A stretch of DNA of 64,000 bases from Chiloscyllium plagiosum (GCF_004010195.1 NC_057720.1:11212999-11276998), one strand, 5' to 3'. Positions 1-13,142 are shown, counted from the first letter of the stretch. The notes: a model not told the origin generated them from the sequence alone. Translations and numbers: made by a program.

Positions 1-765
1 ATGCAAAGTACTGGGCTAATGGTAGGATTCTTGGTAGTGTAGATGAGCAGAGAGATCTCGGTGTTCAGGTACACAGATCCTTGAAAGTTGCCACCCAGGT
101 TGACAGGGTTGTTAAGAAGGCATACAGTGTTTTAGCTTTTATTAATAGAGGGATCGCGTTCCGGAACCATGAGGTTATGCTGCAGCTGTACAAAACTCTG
201 GTGCGGCCGCACTTGGAGTATTGTGTACAGTTCTGGTCACCGCATTATAAGAAGGATGTGGAAGCTTTGGAAAGGGTGCAGAGGAGATTTACTAGGATGT
301 TGCCTGGTATGGAGGGAAGGTCTTATGAGGAAAGGCTGAGGAACTTGAGGCTGTTCTCGTTAGAGAGAAGAAGGTTGAGAGGTAGAGAGACTTATAAGAT
401 AATCAGATATATAAGATAATAGAGACATATAAGATAATCAGAGGGTTAGATAGGGTGGACAGGGAGAGCCTTTTTCCAAGTATGGTGATGGTGAGCACGA
501 GGGGGCATAGCTTTAAATTGAGGGGTGATAGATATAGGACAGATGTCAGAGGTAGTTTCTTTACTCAGAGAGTAGTAAGGGTATGGAATGCTTTGCCTGC
601 AACGGTAGTAGATTCGCCAAGTTTAAGTACATTTAAGTCGTCATTGGACAAGCATATGGACGTACATGGAATAGTGTAGGTTAGTTGGGCTTCAGATTGG
701 TATGACAGGTCGGCGCAACATCGAGGGCCAAAGGGCCTGTACTGCGCTGTAATGTTCTATGTTCT
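1..765 (+). mobile_element. CR1 (HER1-type) LINE 3' end, runs off window start
   Basis: ORFs 81..419 and 455..679 encode the CR1 ORF2 C-terminus (LYKTLVRPHLEYCVQFWSP, FFTQRVVRVWNALP); ends in gttctatgttct tail. Confidence 0.95.
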
Positions 766-2435
766 TCACAGTGGAGGACATGAATAACATGCCAGTAATT
801 GATAAGGAGACGAAGGCAGGTGAGGACAGAGAAACAAACATTACCACGAAAGAGGTATTGTTGAGGAAACTAATGGAGCTAAGGATAGACAAGTCTCCCG
901 GCCCTGATGGAATGCATCCCAGGGTGCTGAAAGAGATGCAGGAAGAAAGCAAGTGCACTTGTGATAATTTTCCAAAATTCTCTGGACTCTGGGGCAGTCA
1001 GCAGATTGGAAAATAGCAAATGTGACACCACTGTTTAAAAAAGGAGATGGACAAAAGATGGGGAATTATAGACCAGTTAGCTTAATTTCCGTCATGGGGA
1101 AAGTGCTTGAGTCTATTATCAAGGAAGAAATAGCAAGGCATCTATTTGGAAACTGCCCCATTGGACAGACACAGCATGAATTCATGATGGGCAGGTCATG
1201 TTTAACTAATTCACTGGAATTCTTTGAAGACATTATGAACACGGTGGACAATGGGGACCCAGTAGATGTGGTGTATCTAGATTTCCAGAAGGCATTCAAC
1301 AAGGTTCTGCACAAAAGGCTGCTGAATAAGATAAAGATGCAAGGCGTTATGGGTAATGTATTAGCATGGATGGAAGATTGGTTAACTAACAGGAAGCAAA
1401 GCGTGGAGATAAATGAATGTTTACCTGGTTGGCAATCAGTGACTAGTAGTGTATCTAAGGGATCAGTGTTGGGACCACAATTATTCAGTTTACATAGACG
1501 ATTTGGAGTTGGGGACCACGTGTAGTGTGTCAAAGTTTGTGGATGACACTAAGATGAGTGATAAAGCAAAATGTGCAGAGGACTGTGAAACTTTGCAAAG
1601 GGACACAGATAGTTTAAATGAGTGTACAAAGATCTGGCAGATGGAGTACAATGTTAATAAATGTGAAGTCATCCATTTTGGTTGGAATAACAGTAAAAAG
1701 GACTATTACTTAAATGGTAAAAAATGCAGCATGTTCCAGTGAAAGAGACCTGGGTGTCCTTGTGCATGAATCACAGAAGGTTGGACTGCAGGTACAACAG
1801 GTAATTAAGAAGGGAAATGGAATTTTGACCTTGCTAAAGGGATGGAGTTTGTAAGCAGGGGGTTATGTTGCAGCTGTACAGAGTGCTGGTGAGGTCACAC
1901 CTGGAGTACTGTTTGCAGTTTTGGTCTCCTTACTTGAGAAAGGATGTACTGGCACTGGAGGTGGTGCAGAGGAGGTTCACTCGGCTGATTCCAGAGTTGA
2001 GGGGGTTGGCTACTGAGGAGAGACTGAATAGACTTGGATTATATTCATTGTAATTTAGAAGTAGTGGGGGGGGGGGGGGGGCGCATCTTATAGAAACATA
2101 TAAAGTTATGAAGGGAATAGATAAGATAGAAGTAGAGAGGATGTTTCCACTGGCATGTTAAACTAGGACAAGAGGGCATAGCCTCAAAATTAGGGGGAGC
2201 AGATTTAGGACTGAATTGAGAAGGAGCTTCTTCACCCAGAGGGTTGTGAATCTATGGAATTCCCTGCCCCAATGAAGTGGTTGAAGCTTCCTCAGTAAAT
2301 GCTTTTAAAGCTAAGATAGATAATGTTTTTGTGAGAGGACAGGTAACTGGAGCTGAGGCCACAAAAATATTAGCTATCGAAGCAGCGGGTTCGAAGGGTC
2401 AGATGGTCTCCTCCTGGTTCTAGCATTCTTATGTA
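766..2435 (+). mobile_element. 5'-truncated, frameshifted CR1 LINE (RT to 3' tail)
   Basis: KSPGPDGMHPRVLKE, NYRPVSL, VYLDFQKAF, GSVLGP, KFVDDTK across ORFs 759..2053; CR1-like 3' UTR. Confidence 0.95.
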
Positions 2436-2499
2436 CTCGATGTTGGCCTGTCACTATGGCACCATGCTAGTGCCCATCTATTAGCAAGGCATCAATGGT

Positions 2500-2672
2500 A
2501 TGGCCCTTTTCCTTGCCCAAAACTTCTTTCTGCACCTTCTCTGTGGCTGTAATACTGTATTCTACTCTCTGTTCTGCTATCCTGATACACTTTGTATGGT
2601 ACAACATTCCTGTATAGCACACAAAACAACACTTCTCATTGTATCTCGGAACATGTGACAACAGTAAATCAT
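2500..2672 (+). mobile_element. Rex1/Babar-like 3' tail fragment
   Basis: ctcggaacatgtgacaacagtaaatc resembles the 3' end of the Rex1 copy at 14650-14687. Confidence 0.5.
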
Positions 2673-3660
2673 ACTCAAACTTTCCTGAAGACTTTGACTC
2701 TTATCAAGGTAATTGCCATCTCAGTAACCCCCTCCAGAAGTTCTTCTTCAGGTAACTCTCTCTTGTACCATCTTGTGAAAAAATCATCATTTGGCTGTTG
2801 CGATTTTAATTTGTATGGCATGAGTTGGTGTTTGTTAATCATGAGGTGGATTCATACCTTTGTCTGGTCCTCAAGTATTCCTCAGACCTTTTTTCATCAT
2901 CCTCAGAAAGATTGACTGTATTTATTGTGAAAAGCCCCAACTTGCAAGTAATATTTTCGGAGATCACCTCTCAGGATAATATATTGCTTGCTCTGAGAAG
3001 TTAAGCTGCTTATGTTACCTTATAGTGTAATTTATTGAGGATGTCACTCAGTGATCAATCCATAATTAAATGTTTTTTTTCCATGCCATTATGAATGTCT
3101 TTTGCTTTATTTTTAATGGAATAAGGTGAAGGTTTTGTTTGTTGCTTTCTTCCACTTGTTTTTCTGTTCTGTCCTTTTAGTTTTCCTTTGTTTTATGTTT
3201 TTGCAGCCCTTTTAAGACATTTTGACTGGGGGTATTGGGTTGAATTTTACAATATTTTGGCTAACTGTCATTTTCAATAAGTTGGATAGACCTCTCTCTC
3301 GAGGACCAACAAGAATTCTCACGCTATCAGCCCAAAACCTGCCCCATTAAGTGCCTAACCCTCCCCTATGGCAATGTTAACTCAATTTTACTGGGCCCTA
3401 ACCATTTCTGAGAAAGCAAAACAAAGAATTACATTTCTTTCATGAGGAAACCTCCCACTTCCATTTTACAACCAATGAAGTACTTTCAAAGTAGAGCCAC
3501 GTTTTTTTTGTAATTTGGACACATGGCAGCCATTTTATGCACAGCAAAGCCCCACAAACAGAAATATGCTACTGAACTGGTCATCTGTTTAAGAGATATC
3601 AATTGAGGGATAAATATCAAACTAGACAACAACAAGAACCTCCTATGTCTTATTTCTCTT

Positions 3661-4450
3661 GGTGAGGCCACACCTGGAGGATTGTGTTCAGTTTTACTCT
3701 CCTAGCCTGAGGGAGGACATTCTTGCTATTAAGGAGTCCAGCAAAGTTTCACCAGACTGATTCCCGGGATGGCAGGACTGAGCTATGAGGAAAGCCTGGA
3801 TTGACTGGGCTTGCATTCGCTGGAATTTAGAAGAATAAGGGGGACCTCATAGAAACATATAAAATCCTGATGGGACTGGACAGGCCAGACACGGGAAAAA
3901 GGTTCCCGATGTTGGGGAAGTCCAGAAATAAGGATCACAGTCTAAGAAGAAGGGGGGATGCCATTCAGGACTGAGATGAGGAAGAATTTCTTCATTCAGA
4001 GAGTTGTAAGTTTGTGGAATTCTCTCCCACGAAAGCTGTTGGGGTCCATTCATTAGACATACTCACCTGGGACTCTTGCTGCTAACGAGATCAAGGAATG
4101 TGGGGAGAGGACGGGAATGGGATACTGAGATTGCATGATTAGCCATGATCATATTGAATGGTGGTGTAGGCTGGAAGGGCTGAAAGAGCTGAAAATGTGT
4201 TGCTGGAAAAGTGCAGCAGGTCAGGCAGCATCCAGGGAACAGGAGAATCGACGTTTCGGGCTTAAGCCCTTCTTCAGAAAGCCCTTCCTGAAGAAGGGCT
4301 TATGCCCGAAACGTCGATTCTCCTGTTCCCTGGATGCTGCCTGACCTGCTGCACTTTTCCAGCAACACATTTTCAGCTCTGATCTCCAGCATCTGCAGAC
4401 CTCACTTTCTCCTGGAAGGGCTGAAAGGCCTACTTTCTATTTTCTATGTT
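3661..4450 (+). mobile_element. CR1 3' fragment (interrupted by PLE palindrome)
   Basis: ggtgaggccacacctggag start, ttcttcattcagagagttgt motif, ttctatgt tail. Confidence 0.9.
4187..4411. mobile_element. Penelope-derived fold-back palindromic mini-element, family A
   Basis: ~93 bp arms (4185-4277 / 4288-4380); 16 bp TSD ctggaagggctgaaag at 4171-4186 and 4412-4427; sequence matches the 3' end of the PLE at 27564-28964. Confidence 0.92.
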
Positions 4451-5454
4451 TTTTTTAAATACTTTTACATCCGTTTGAAAAGGTAAATCGGCCCTCAATG
4501 TATTGTTTCATCTGAAAATACGCATCTCTGACAGTGCAGCATTATATCTAAATAATGCTGATATCTTAAGCCTAGATGTAATGCCAAAATCTCTGGAAAG
4601 AGACTTGAACTTTTAACCTTCTGGGCTTAGAAGAGAGAGTCACAGCTGTGACCCCATTGAGGTCCACTTTGACAAGTCATAGCTGCACTGAATTCAGGCC
4701 AAATCTCTCTCAGGATGAAAGTGGGTGTGGTCCAACCAGGCTAGGTCAATTTTCTTGTTTTGGTGAACTTTCAGAGTGTGACTGCAGTCTTTGTTGCTGA
4801 GTAGACAAGTTTTCTCACTCTTCTGGTCAACATTCCTTTTGCAAAAATTGAGCCAAAAAAAAAGCACAGGCCATTTATCCCGAGGCAGTTTGTAAGATGT
4901 GGTAACACAGAATACTTGTCACACATAACTGCAAAGCAAAATATAACTCCTTGGATGTGAAGTGTATTGAGACAGTTTGACGGTCTGATTAAGCACACAT
5001 ATCTCTTATTCCTTCTTTTATTATTCCAGGATCAGCTCAATGTGTTGTCATCAACATTTCATACAGAATGATGGCTGTTCAGCCAAAGCAGAAAGTCTCT
5101 TTGTCACGATGTGCCAATTTAACATGACCATATATCCAGTGAATCATTTAAGTAACTGATAAAATCTACATTTTCTTGGCATCCTTATGCAAGATGCTAT
5201 CAAGTTTATCTATTCTTGTTTCCACATATAATATTCAACTCTCTGTAATGTGATGCTCAGATTTCATTGTATTGTGTAGACCTGCTGCTTAAGTAAATGA
5301 GACCCTGAATCAATTGAGTAATACATTCTCATTTGTTTATTACCTTGGAATATCTCAGCCTTTCTGGATTTTGTTTCAATTTCCTCCATTATAGAAGTAA
5401 GCCAATTTCCTTTCAGCCGATTTCAATGGCTCTGCCTGTCTGCGAGGTATCATT

Positions 5455-5620
5455 GTTTGATTCAAAGTAGAAAGAAGAGTTCTTCCCAGTGACCTGGTCT
5501 TCATTTATCCCTCAACCAACATCAGAACTAAACAGATTTACCTGTTAATTAATCTAATTTTCTCTTTGTTGGGTCTCACATAAATTGGTCACTGCATTTA
5601 CGAACAAAGCAACTGGAGCT
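5455..5620 (+). mobile_element. SacSINE1-like DeuSINE fragment
   Basis: gagttcttcccagtgacctggtc...atttatccctcaaccaacatc Deu-domain-like sequence. Confidence 0.6.
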
Positions 5621-5944
5621 GGCAATTTCTTGAGCATGTCCTGCCTGTTAATGAAACCATGACCGATCTGTAACCTAATTCGATGTTGTACAAGGTGGTT
5701 GGAAAATGCATTAACGTCCCTCAATCTGGTGAATTTTTGGTGTCCTGAGGACTTGGTGTCAGGTGGGGTAGGATCATCTTAGGATCTTGTAAAGTGAATA
5801 TTTATATCCACTCATATCCTAACAGTTTCAGTAATGATGCATAATTTATTAATGTAACTTAGTCATAGAATCATAGAGATGTGCAGCACGGAAACAGACC
5901 CTTCGGTCCAACCAGTCCGTGCTGACCAGATATCCCAATCCAAT

Positions 5945-8900
5945 CTAGTCCCACCTGCCAGTACCCGGCCCATATCCCTCCAAACCCTCCCTGTTTATAT
6001 ACCCATCCAAATGCCTTTTAAATATTGCAATTGTACCAGCCTCCACCACTTCCTCTGGCAACTCATTCCATACACGTACCACCCTCTGTGTGACAAAGTT
6101 GCCCCATAGGTCTCTTTTATATCTTTCCCCTCTCACCCTAAACCTGTACCTTCTAGTTCTGGACTTCCCCACCCCCAGGGAAAAGACATTGTCTATCTAC
6201 CCTATCCATGACCCTCATAATTTTGTAAACCTCTATAACGTCACCCTTCAGCCTCCGAAGCTCCAAGAAAAACAGCCCCAGCCTGTTCAGCCTTTCCCAT
6301 TAGCTCAAATCCTCCAACCCTGGCACCATCCTTGTAAATCTTTTCTGAACCCTTTCAAGTTTCACAACATCTTTCTGATAGGAAGGAGACCAGATTTGCA
6401 CGCAATATTCCAACAGTGGCCTAACAATGTCCTATACAGCCACAATATGACCTCCCAACTCCTGTACTCAATACTCTGACCAATAAAGGAAAGCATACCA
6501 AATGCCTTTTTCGCTATCCTATCTACCTGCGACTCCACTTTCAAGGAGCGATGAACCTGCACTCCAAGGTCTCTTTGTTCAGCAACACTCCTTAGGACCT
6601 TACCATTAAGTGTATAAGTCCTGCTAAGATTTGCTTTCCTAAAATGCAGCACCTCGCATTTATCTGAATTAAACTCCATCTGCTACTTCTCAGTCCATCT
6701 GGATCCAGATCCTGTTATAATCTGAGATAAACCTCTTCGCTGACCACTACACCTCCAATTTTGGTGTCATTTGCAAACTTACTAACTGTATCTCTTATGC
6801 TCATATCCAAATCATTTATATAAATGACAAAAAGTAGAGGAACCAGCACCGATCCTTGTGGCACTCCACTGGTCACAGGCCTCCAGTCTGAAAAACAAGC
6901 CTCCACCACCAAAGGTCTTCTACCTTTGAGCAAGTTCTGTATCCAAATGGCTTGTTCTCCCTGTATTCCATGAGATCTAACCTTGCTAATCAGTCTCCCA
7001 TGGGGAACCCTCTAGTCGAACGCCTTACTGAAGTCCATATAGATCACATCTACTGCTCTGCCCTCATCAATCTTCTTTGTTACTTCTTCAAAAAACTCAA
7101 TCAAGTTTGTGAGACACACAAAGCCATGTTGACTATCCCTAATCACTCCTTGCCTTTCCAAATACATGTACATCTGTCCCTCAGGATTCCCTCCAAACAA
7201 CTTGCCCACCACCGAGGTCATGCTCACCTGTCTATAGTTCACTGGCTTGTCTTTACCACCCTTCTTAAACAGTGGCACCACGTTTGCCAACCTCCAGTCT
7301 TCCAACATCTCACCTGTGACTATCGATGATACAAATATCTCAGTAAGAGGCCCAGCAATCACTTCTCTAGCTTCCCACAGAGTTCTTGGGTACACCTGAT
7401 CAGGTCCTGGAGATTTATCCATCATTAACCATTTCAAGACATCCAGCACTTCCTCCTCTGTCATCTGGACATTTTGCAAGATGTCACCATCTATTTCCCT
7501 ACAGTCTATATCTTCCATATCCTTTTCCACAGTAAATACTGATGCAAAATATTCATTTAGTATCTCCCCCATTTTCTGCGGTTCCACACAAAGGCCTCCT
7601 TGCTGATCTTTGAGGGACCATATTCTCTCCCTAGTTACCCTTTTGTCCTTAATATATTTGTAAAAGCCCTTTGGATTCTCCTTAATTCTATTTGCCAAAG
7701 CTGTCTCATGTCCCCTTTTTGCCCTCCTGATTTCCCTCTTAAGTGTGTACTCCTACTTCCTTTAAAATCTCCTAAGGATTCACTCGATCTATCCTGTCTA
7801 TACCTGACATATGCTTCCTTCTTTTTCTTAACCAAGCCCTCAATTTCTTTAGTCATCCAGCATTCCCTATACCTACCAGCTTTCCCTTTCACCCTGACAG
7901 GAATATACTTTCTCTGGATTCTTGTTATCTCATTTCTGAAGGCTTCCCATTTTCCAGCCGTTCCTTTATCTGCAAACATCTGCCTCCAATCAGCTTTCGA
8001 AAGTTCTTGCCTAATACCGTCAAAATTGACCTTTCTCCAATTTAGAACTTCAACTTTTCGATCTGGACTATCCTTTTCCATCACTATTTTAAAACGAATA
8101 GAATTATGGTCGCTGGCCCCAAAGTGCTCCCTCGCGACACCTCAGTCACCTGCCCTGCCTAATTTCCCAAGAGTAGATCAAGTTTTGCACCTTCTCTAGT
8201 AGGTACATCCACATTCTGAATCAGAAAATTGTCTTGTACACACTTAACAAATTCCTCTCCATCTAAACCTTTACACTATGGCAGTCCCAGTCGATGTTTG
8301 GAAAGTTAAAATCCCGACTATAACTACCCTATTATTCTTACAGATAGCTGAGATCTCCTTACAAGTTTGTTTCTCAATTTCCCTCTAACTATTGGGGGGG
8401 GGGGGTCTATGATGAAATCCCAATAAGGTGATCATCCCTTTCTTATTCCCCAGTTCCACCCAAATAACTTCCCTGGATGTATTTCTGGGAATATCCTCCC
8501 TCAGCACAGCTGCACTGCTTGCCTCCCTTTCTTTCCTTTCTGTAGCATTTAGATTTAGATTACTTACAGTGTGGAAACAGGCCCTTCAGCCGAACAAGTC
8601 CACACCAACCCGCCATAGCGCACCCACCCAGACCCATTCCCCTACATTTACCCCTGCACCTAACACTATGGGCAATTTAGCACCGCCAATTCACCTAAAC
8701 TGCACATCTTTGGACTGTGGGAGGAAACCGGAGCACTAAGAGGAAACCCACGCAGACACGGGGAGGATGTGCAAACTCCACACAGACAGTCGCCTGAGGC
8801 GGGAATTGAACCCGGGTCTCTGGCGCTGTGAGTTGTATCCTGGAACATTAAGCTGCCAGTCCTGCATATCCCTGAACCATGTTTCTGTAATTGCTATGAT

Positions 8901-9000
8901 ATCCCAGTCCCATTTTCCTAACCATTCCCTGAGTTCATCTGCCTTCCCTGTTAGACCCCTTGTATTGAATTAAATGCAGTTTAATTTATTAGTCCTACCT
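5945..9000 (-). pseudogene. CR1 ORF2 (APE endonuclease + reverse transcriptase), frameshifted
   Basis: ORFs 7635..8084, 7012..7698, 6715..6933, 6362..6679, 5945..6172: [29 protein letters not shown]. Confidence 0.93.
8549..8832 (-). mobile_element. HE1-type V-SINE, 5'-truncated, inside CR1 ORF2
   Basis: V-domain (gtgtggagtttgcac...gggtttcctc) and HER1-shared tail in reverse complement. Confidence 0.92.
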
Positions 9001-9106
9001 TGTCCCTGCCTGCCCTGACTGTTTGACTCCCTTCTGTTCTCAGCTGTACCCGTCTCAGATCGATCTCTTTCCTCACTATCTCCCTGGGTCCCACCCCACC
9101 ATCTTA

Positions 9107-9717
9107 CTAGTTTAAATCCTCCCAAGCAGTTCTAGCAAATTTCCCTGCCAGTATATTAGTCCCCTTCCAATTTAGGTGCAATCTGTCCTTCTTGTACAGG
9201 TCACTTCTACCCCAAAAGAGATTCCAATGATCCAAAAATGTGAATCCTTCTCCCATACACCAGCTCCTCAGCCATGCATTCATCTGCTCTATCCTCCTAT
9301 TCCTGCCCTCACCAGCTCGTAGCACTGGGAGTAATCCAGATATTACTACCCTTGAGGACCTCCTTTTTAAATTCCTGCCTAACTCTCTGTAATCTCCCTT
9401 CAGAATCTCAACCTTTTCCCTTCCNNNNNNNNNNNNNNNNNNNNNNNNNNNNNNNNNNNNNNNNNNNNNNNNNNNNNNNNNNNNNNNNNNNNNNNNNNNN
9501 NNNNNNNNNNNNNNNNNNNNNNNNNNNNNNNNNNNNNNNNNNNNNNNNNNNNNNNNNNNNNNNNNNNNNNNNNNNNNNNNNNNNNNNNNNNNNNNNNNNN
9601 NNNNNNNNNNNNNNNNNNNNNNNNNNNNNNNNNNNNNCAGATATAATCCGCAGTAACCCTTAAACTCTCTTTAAACTCCCACATCTGACAAGAAGTACAT
9701 ATCACTATAAAGGCCAT
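9107..9717 (-). pseudogene. CR1 ORF1 remnant (zinc finger + SGNH esterase)
   Basis: MAFIVICTSCQMWE N-terminus (ATG 9717) and NAWLRSWC...DRLHLNWKGTNILA esterase C-terminus; middle hidden by gap. Confidence 0.88.
9425..9637. other. Assembly gap (N run)
   Basis: N bases. Confidence 1.
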
Positions 9718-10062
9718 TTTTGCTCCTTCACAATCTACAGACCCAGAAAATAACACCGTCTCATTCCCCAACAAACACTGCCCCAGGTTAAATTAATAGC
9801 AATGAATTATATTTTAAGTTTAATCAAGAGACTTATCTCCAAAAACATATAATCAAGAAAGAACCCACTGTATTCACTAATACAGCCTTTCTCTTGGACA
9901 GATTTAAAACAACAATTAACTTATCTGATTCTGTGTTGTGAACTTCGCCCAACAGTTCCTCCAAGATTAGTTGTGAATTTCACTGTTCGTTAATTTTCCC
10001 AGATGCACTCCGATGTCCAGCGATACACGAATTCAAACGGCAAAGGCGATAACTGTTCAGGT

Positions 10063-10096
<34 letters not shown>

Positions 10097-10245
10097 CTGC
10101 ACTGTCCTCACCATGTGCTTCCTTTGTCTGCTCTTCTCCCTTTTAAAACTACTGTTGTTTTGACTTTTTTTTTCCAAAGTTCCAAAACAATGCAACAGCG
10201 AATAAAACAGTAATTGCTGCTCCTGGGATTTGAAGAAATCATCTC

Positions 10246-12165
10246 TGACAAACTAATAGAATTATGATCATTTGTCCCAAAGTGTTCCCCCACTAACACC
10301 TCAGTCACTTGCCCTGCCTTATTTCCCAACACAAGGTTAAGTATTGCTTTCTCTAGTAGGTACTGAATGAGAAAGTTTTCTTAGAACATAGAACAGTACA
10401 GCACAGAACAGGCCCTTCAGCCCACGATGTTGTGCCGACCACTGATCCTCATGTATGCACCCTCAAATTTCTGTGACCATATGTATGTCGAGGAGTCTCT
10501 TAAATGTCTCCAATGACCCTGCCTCCACAACTGCTGCTGGCAATGCATTCCATGCTTTCACAACTCTCTGTGTAAAGAACCCGCCTCTGACATCCCCTCT
10601 ATACTTTCCTCCAACCAGCTTAAAACTATGACCCCTCATGTTAGTCATTTCTGCCCTGGGAAATAGTCTCTGGCTATCGACTCTATCTATGCCTCTCATT
10701 ACCTTGTTTACCTCAATTAGGTTCCCTCTTCTCCTCCTTTTCTCCAATGAAAAAAGTCTGAGCTCAGTCAACCTCTCCTTATAAGATAAGCCCTCCAGTC
10801 CAGGCAGCATCCTGGTAAACCTCCCCTGAACTCGCTCCAAAGCATCCACATTTTTCTTATAATAGGGCGACCAGAACTGGACACAGTATTCCAAGTGCGG
10901 TCTAACCAAAGTTTTATAGAGCTGCAACAAGATCTCACGACTCTTAAATTCAGTACCCCTGTTAATGAAAGCCAAAACACCATATGCTTTCTTAACAACC
11001 CTGTCCACTTGGGTGGCCATTTTAAGGGATCTATGTACCTGCACCCCAAGATCCCTCTGTTCCTCCACACTGCCAAGAATCCTATCTTTAATCCTGTACT
11101 CAGCTTTCAAATTCGACCTTCCAAAATGCATCATCTCGTATTTATCCAGGTTGAACTCCATCTGCCACCTCTCAGCCCATCTCTGCATCCTGGCAATGTC
11201 CCGCTGCAGCCTACAACAGCCCTCTATACTGTCAACGACACCTCCAACCTTTGTGTCATCTGCAAACTTGCTGACCCATCCTTCAATCCCCTCATCCAAG
11301 TCATTAATAAAAATTACAAACAATAGAGGCCCAAGGACAGAGCCCTGTGGAACACCACTCACCACAGACTTCCAGGCAGAATATTTTCCTTCTTCTACCA
11401 CTCACTGTCTTCTGTTGGCCAGCCAATTCTGGATCCAGACAGCTATGTTCCCCTGAATCCCATTCCTCCTGACCTTCTGAATGAGCTTACCATGGGGAAC
11501 CTTATCAAATGCCTTGCTAAAGTCCATATACACCACATCCACAGCTTGATCCTCATCAACGTTTCTAGTCACATCCTCAAAGAACTCGATAAGGTTTGTG
11601 AGGCATGACCTGCCCCTCACAAAGCCGTGTTGACTGCATTTCATCAAGCAATGCTCTTCCAGATGGTCATAAATCATATCCCTCAGAATCCTTTCTAACA
11701 CCTTGCAGACGACCTTATATTGCCAACACCTTGTATTGGCTTATCAAATTCCTCCCCATCCAAGCCTTAACACTATGGCAGTCCCAGTCTATGTTTGAAA
11801 AGTTAAAATCCCCCGCCATTATAACCATCTTATTCTTATGTCTAAGATTTCCTTACATATCCAATTCTCAATTTCCTGCTGACTATTGGGGAGCCTATAA
11901 TACAAACCCAACAAGATGATCATCCCTTTCTTATTTCTCAGTTCCACACGTTTAAAACTTGACTGGATAATCTCCCAGGAATATCCTCCTAAAGTATAGC
12001 CATAAATTTATCCCTAACCAAAAACACCACTCCCCCACCTTACTTACCTCCCTTTCTACCCTTCCTATAGCATCTATACTCTGGAACATTAAGCTGCCAG
12101 TCCTGTCCATCCACAAACCACGTTTCTGTATTGGCTATGATTCCCCAGTCCCATGGTCCTGCTTT
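10246..12165 (-). mobile_element. Older CR1 APE-domain fragment split by a younger CR1
   Basis: 10246-10380 (GEHFGTNDHNSI) and 11730-12165 are collinear and parallel 8100-8930. Confidence 0.8.
10382..11712 (-). mobile_element. Young 5'-truncated CR1, (ttctatg)n-tailed subfamily
   Basis: Abutting in-frame ORFs 11402..11701 and 10463..11401 with [10 protein letters not shown] and FADD; tail agaacatagaac on + strand. Confidence 0.96.
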
Positions 12166-12404
12166 GGAAATATATTGCAGTTCTTTCAATGCTGTTCAGT
12201 CAAAAATATATCACTGTCACATGGAACTGCATCGACCCCACCTTCTCAAGGGTAATTAGAGATAGGCAAACGAGTGGTGCCCAGATCCTGTGAAGGTACA
12301 ATTCTTCATTTTACAAAAATGCCATGATAAGATGATCCTTTTTCGATGATAGTTGAGGAATAAATATTAACCAGGATACTGGAAACAGCCTCAGAACAGT
12401 ATGT

Positions 12405-12546
12405 AGAATGGATCGGAAGGGTTTGGAGGGATATGGGCCGGGTGCTGGCTGGTGGGACTAGATTGAGTTGGGATATCTGGTCGGCATGGATGGGTTGGAC
12501 CAAAGGGTCTGTTTCCGTGCTGTACATCTCTATGACTCTATGACCT
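12405..12546 (+). mobile_element. CR1 3' tail
   Basis: Matches reverse complement of 5861-6010; tctatgactctatgac tail. Confidence 0.9.
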
Positions 12547-13142
12547 AAGAGGGCAAAGGGGGCTATGGTTTAGCCTTTCAGCTGAAAATAGCAGCGACCA
12601 TTTCTCAGTATTGAGCAGGTTGTAGTGTAGATGATATACACAGGTCTAGAGTGGGAATTAGTTGTACCAAAAGGGGTAGTTCTGACCCAGAGGGACAGAG
12701 TCATCCCCAACCCAATGCACCAGACTTAATTTTTCCATTGTTTTGGATGCTTCCCTTGAAGGAACTATTAAGACAAACTACGTTGTCGGGTGAGCGATGT
12801 TAAGTGGAACATAAATGACCCTCAGAGGAAGACAAGGTTTTCAAGGTGCCTATCAAGTTTTTGTGGCATTTTCAAAACTGTTTCTTTTCCAGAAATCTTC
12901 CTTTACGTTGGCTTTCCTCTCTATGGCTGTGGTGACTGACAGCTATTGAGATACCATTTCCCAGGAGGCTGGCCTTCTCTTGCTCCCTTGTTGAAGTAAC
13001 AATCATTCTTCAGTTTTATGGCTGAGATATCAATGTCACTAGCAAGGCTGACTTTTCATTATCAATGTCCGGCAAAGTGGAGGTGGTGGGGAGGGCCATA
13101 TATTCGAATTGCTGCCGTCTGTGCCGTGAAACAACCACAGTG

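Larger units (their letters stand above)
3410..4640 (-). mobile_element. SacSINE1-like DeuSINE split by a CR1 fragment
   Basis: Reverse-complement Deu-domain sequence at 3470-3655 and head portion at 4455-4640. Confidence 0.65.
5861..10245 (-). mobile_element. Near full-length CR1 LINE (5' UTR, ORF1, ORF2, tail), degraded
   Basis: Collinear 5' UTR, ORF1 (zinc finger + esterase), APE, RT and (tctatga)n tail; HE1 insertion at 8549-8832; N gap in ORF1. Confidence 0.95.

Noticed and set aside
384..441. Triple tataagataat repeat
   Set aside because: Local slippage inside a CR1 ORF2 remnant; not a CRISPR or regulatory array
2690..2960. Minus-strand reading with protein-like composition (RWYKRELPEEELLEGV)
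   Set aside because: Short, stop-bounded, no clear splice sites and no family recognised
4187..4411. Palindromes as DNA-transposon MITEs or miRNA genes
   Set aside because: Arms are unequal, junctions differ per copy, TSDs are long and variable, and the sequence matches a PLE terminus
5000..5156. Strong-looking splice acceptor (ttattccag) with one open frame to a weak donor
   Set aside because: Peptide not recognisable and no partner exons; cannot be supported without RNA data
7600..8199. 199 aa + strand ORF (also 10895..11456, 1066..1533)
   Set aside because: Antisense shadows of CR1 ORF2
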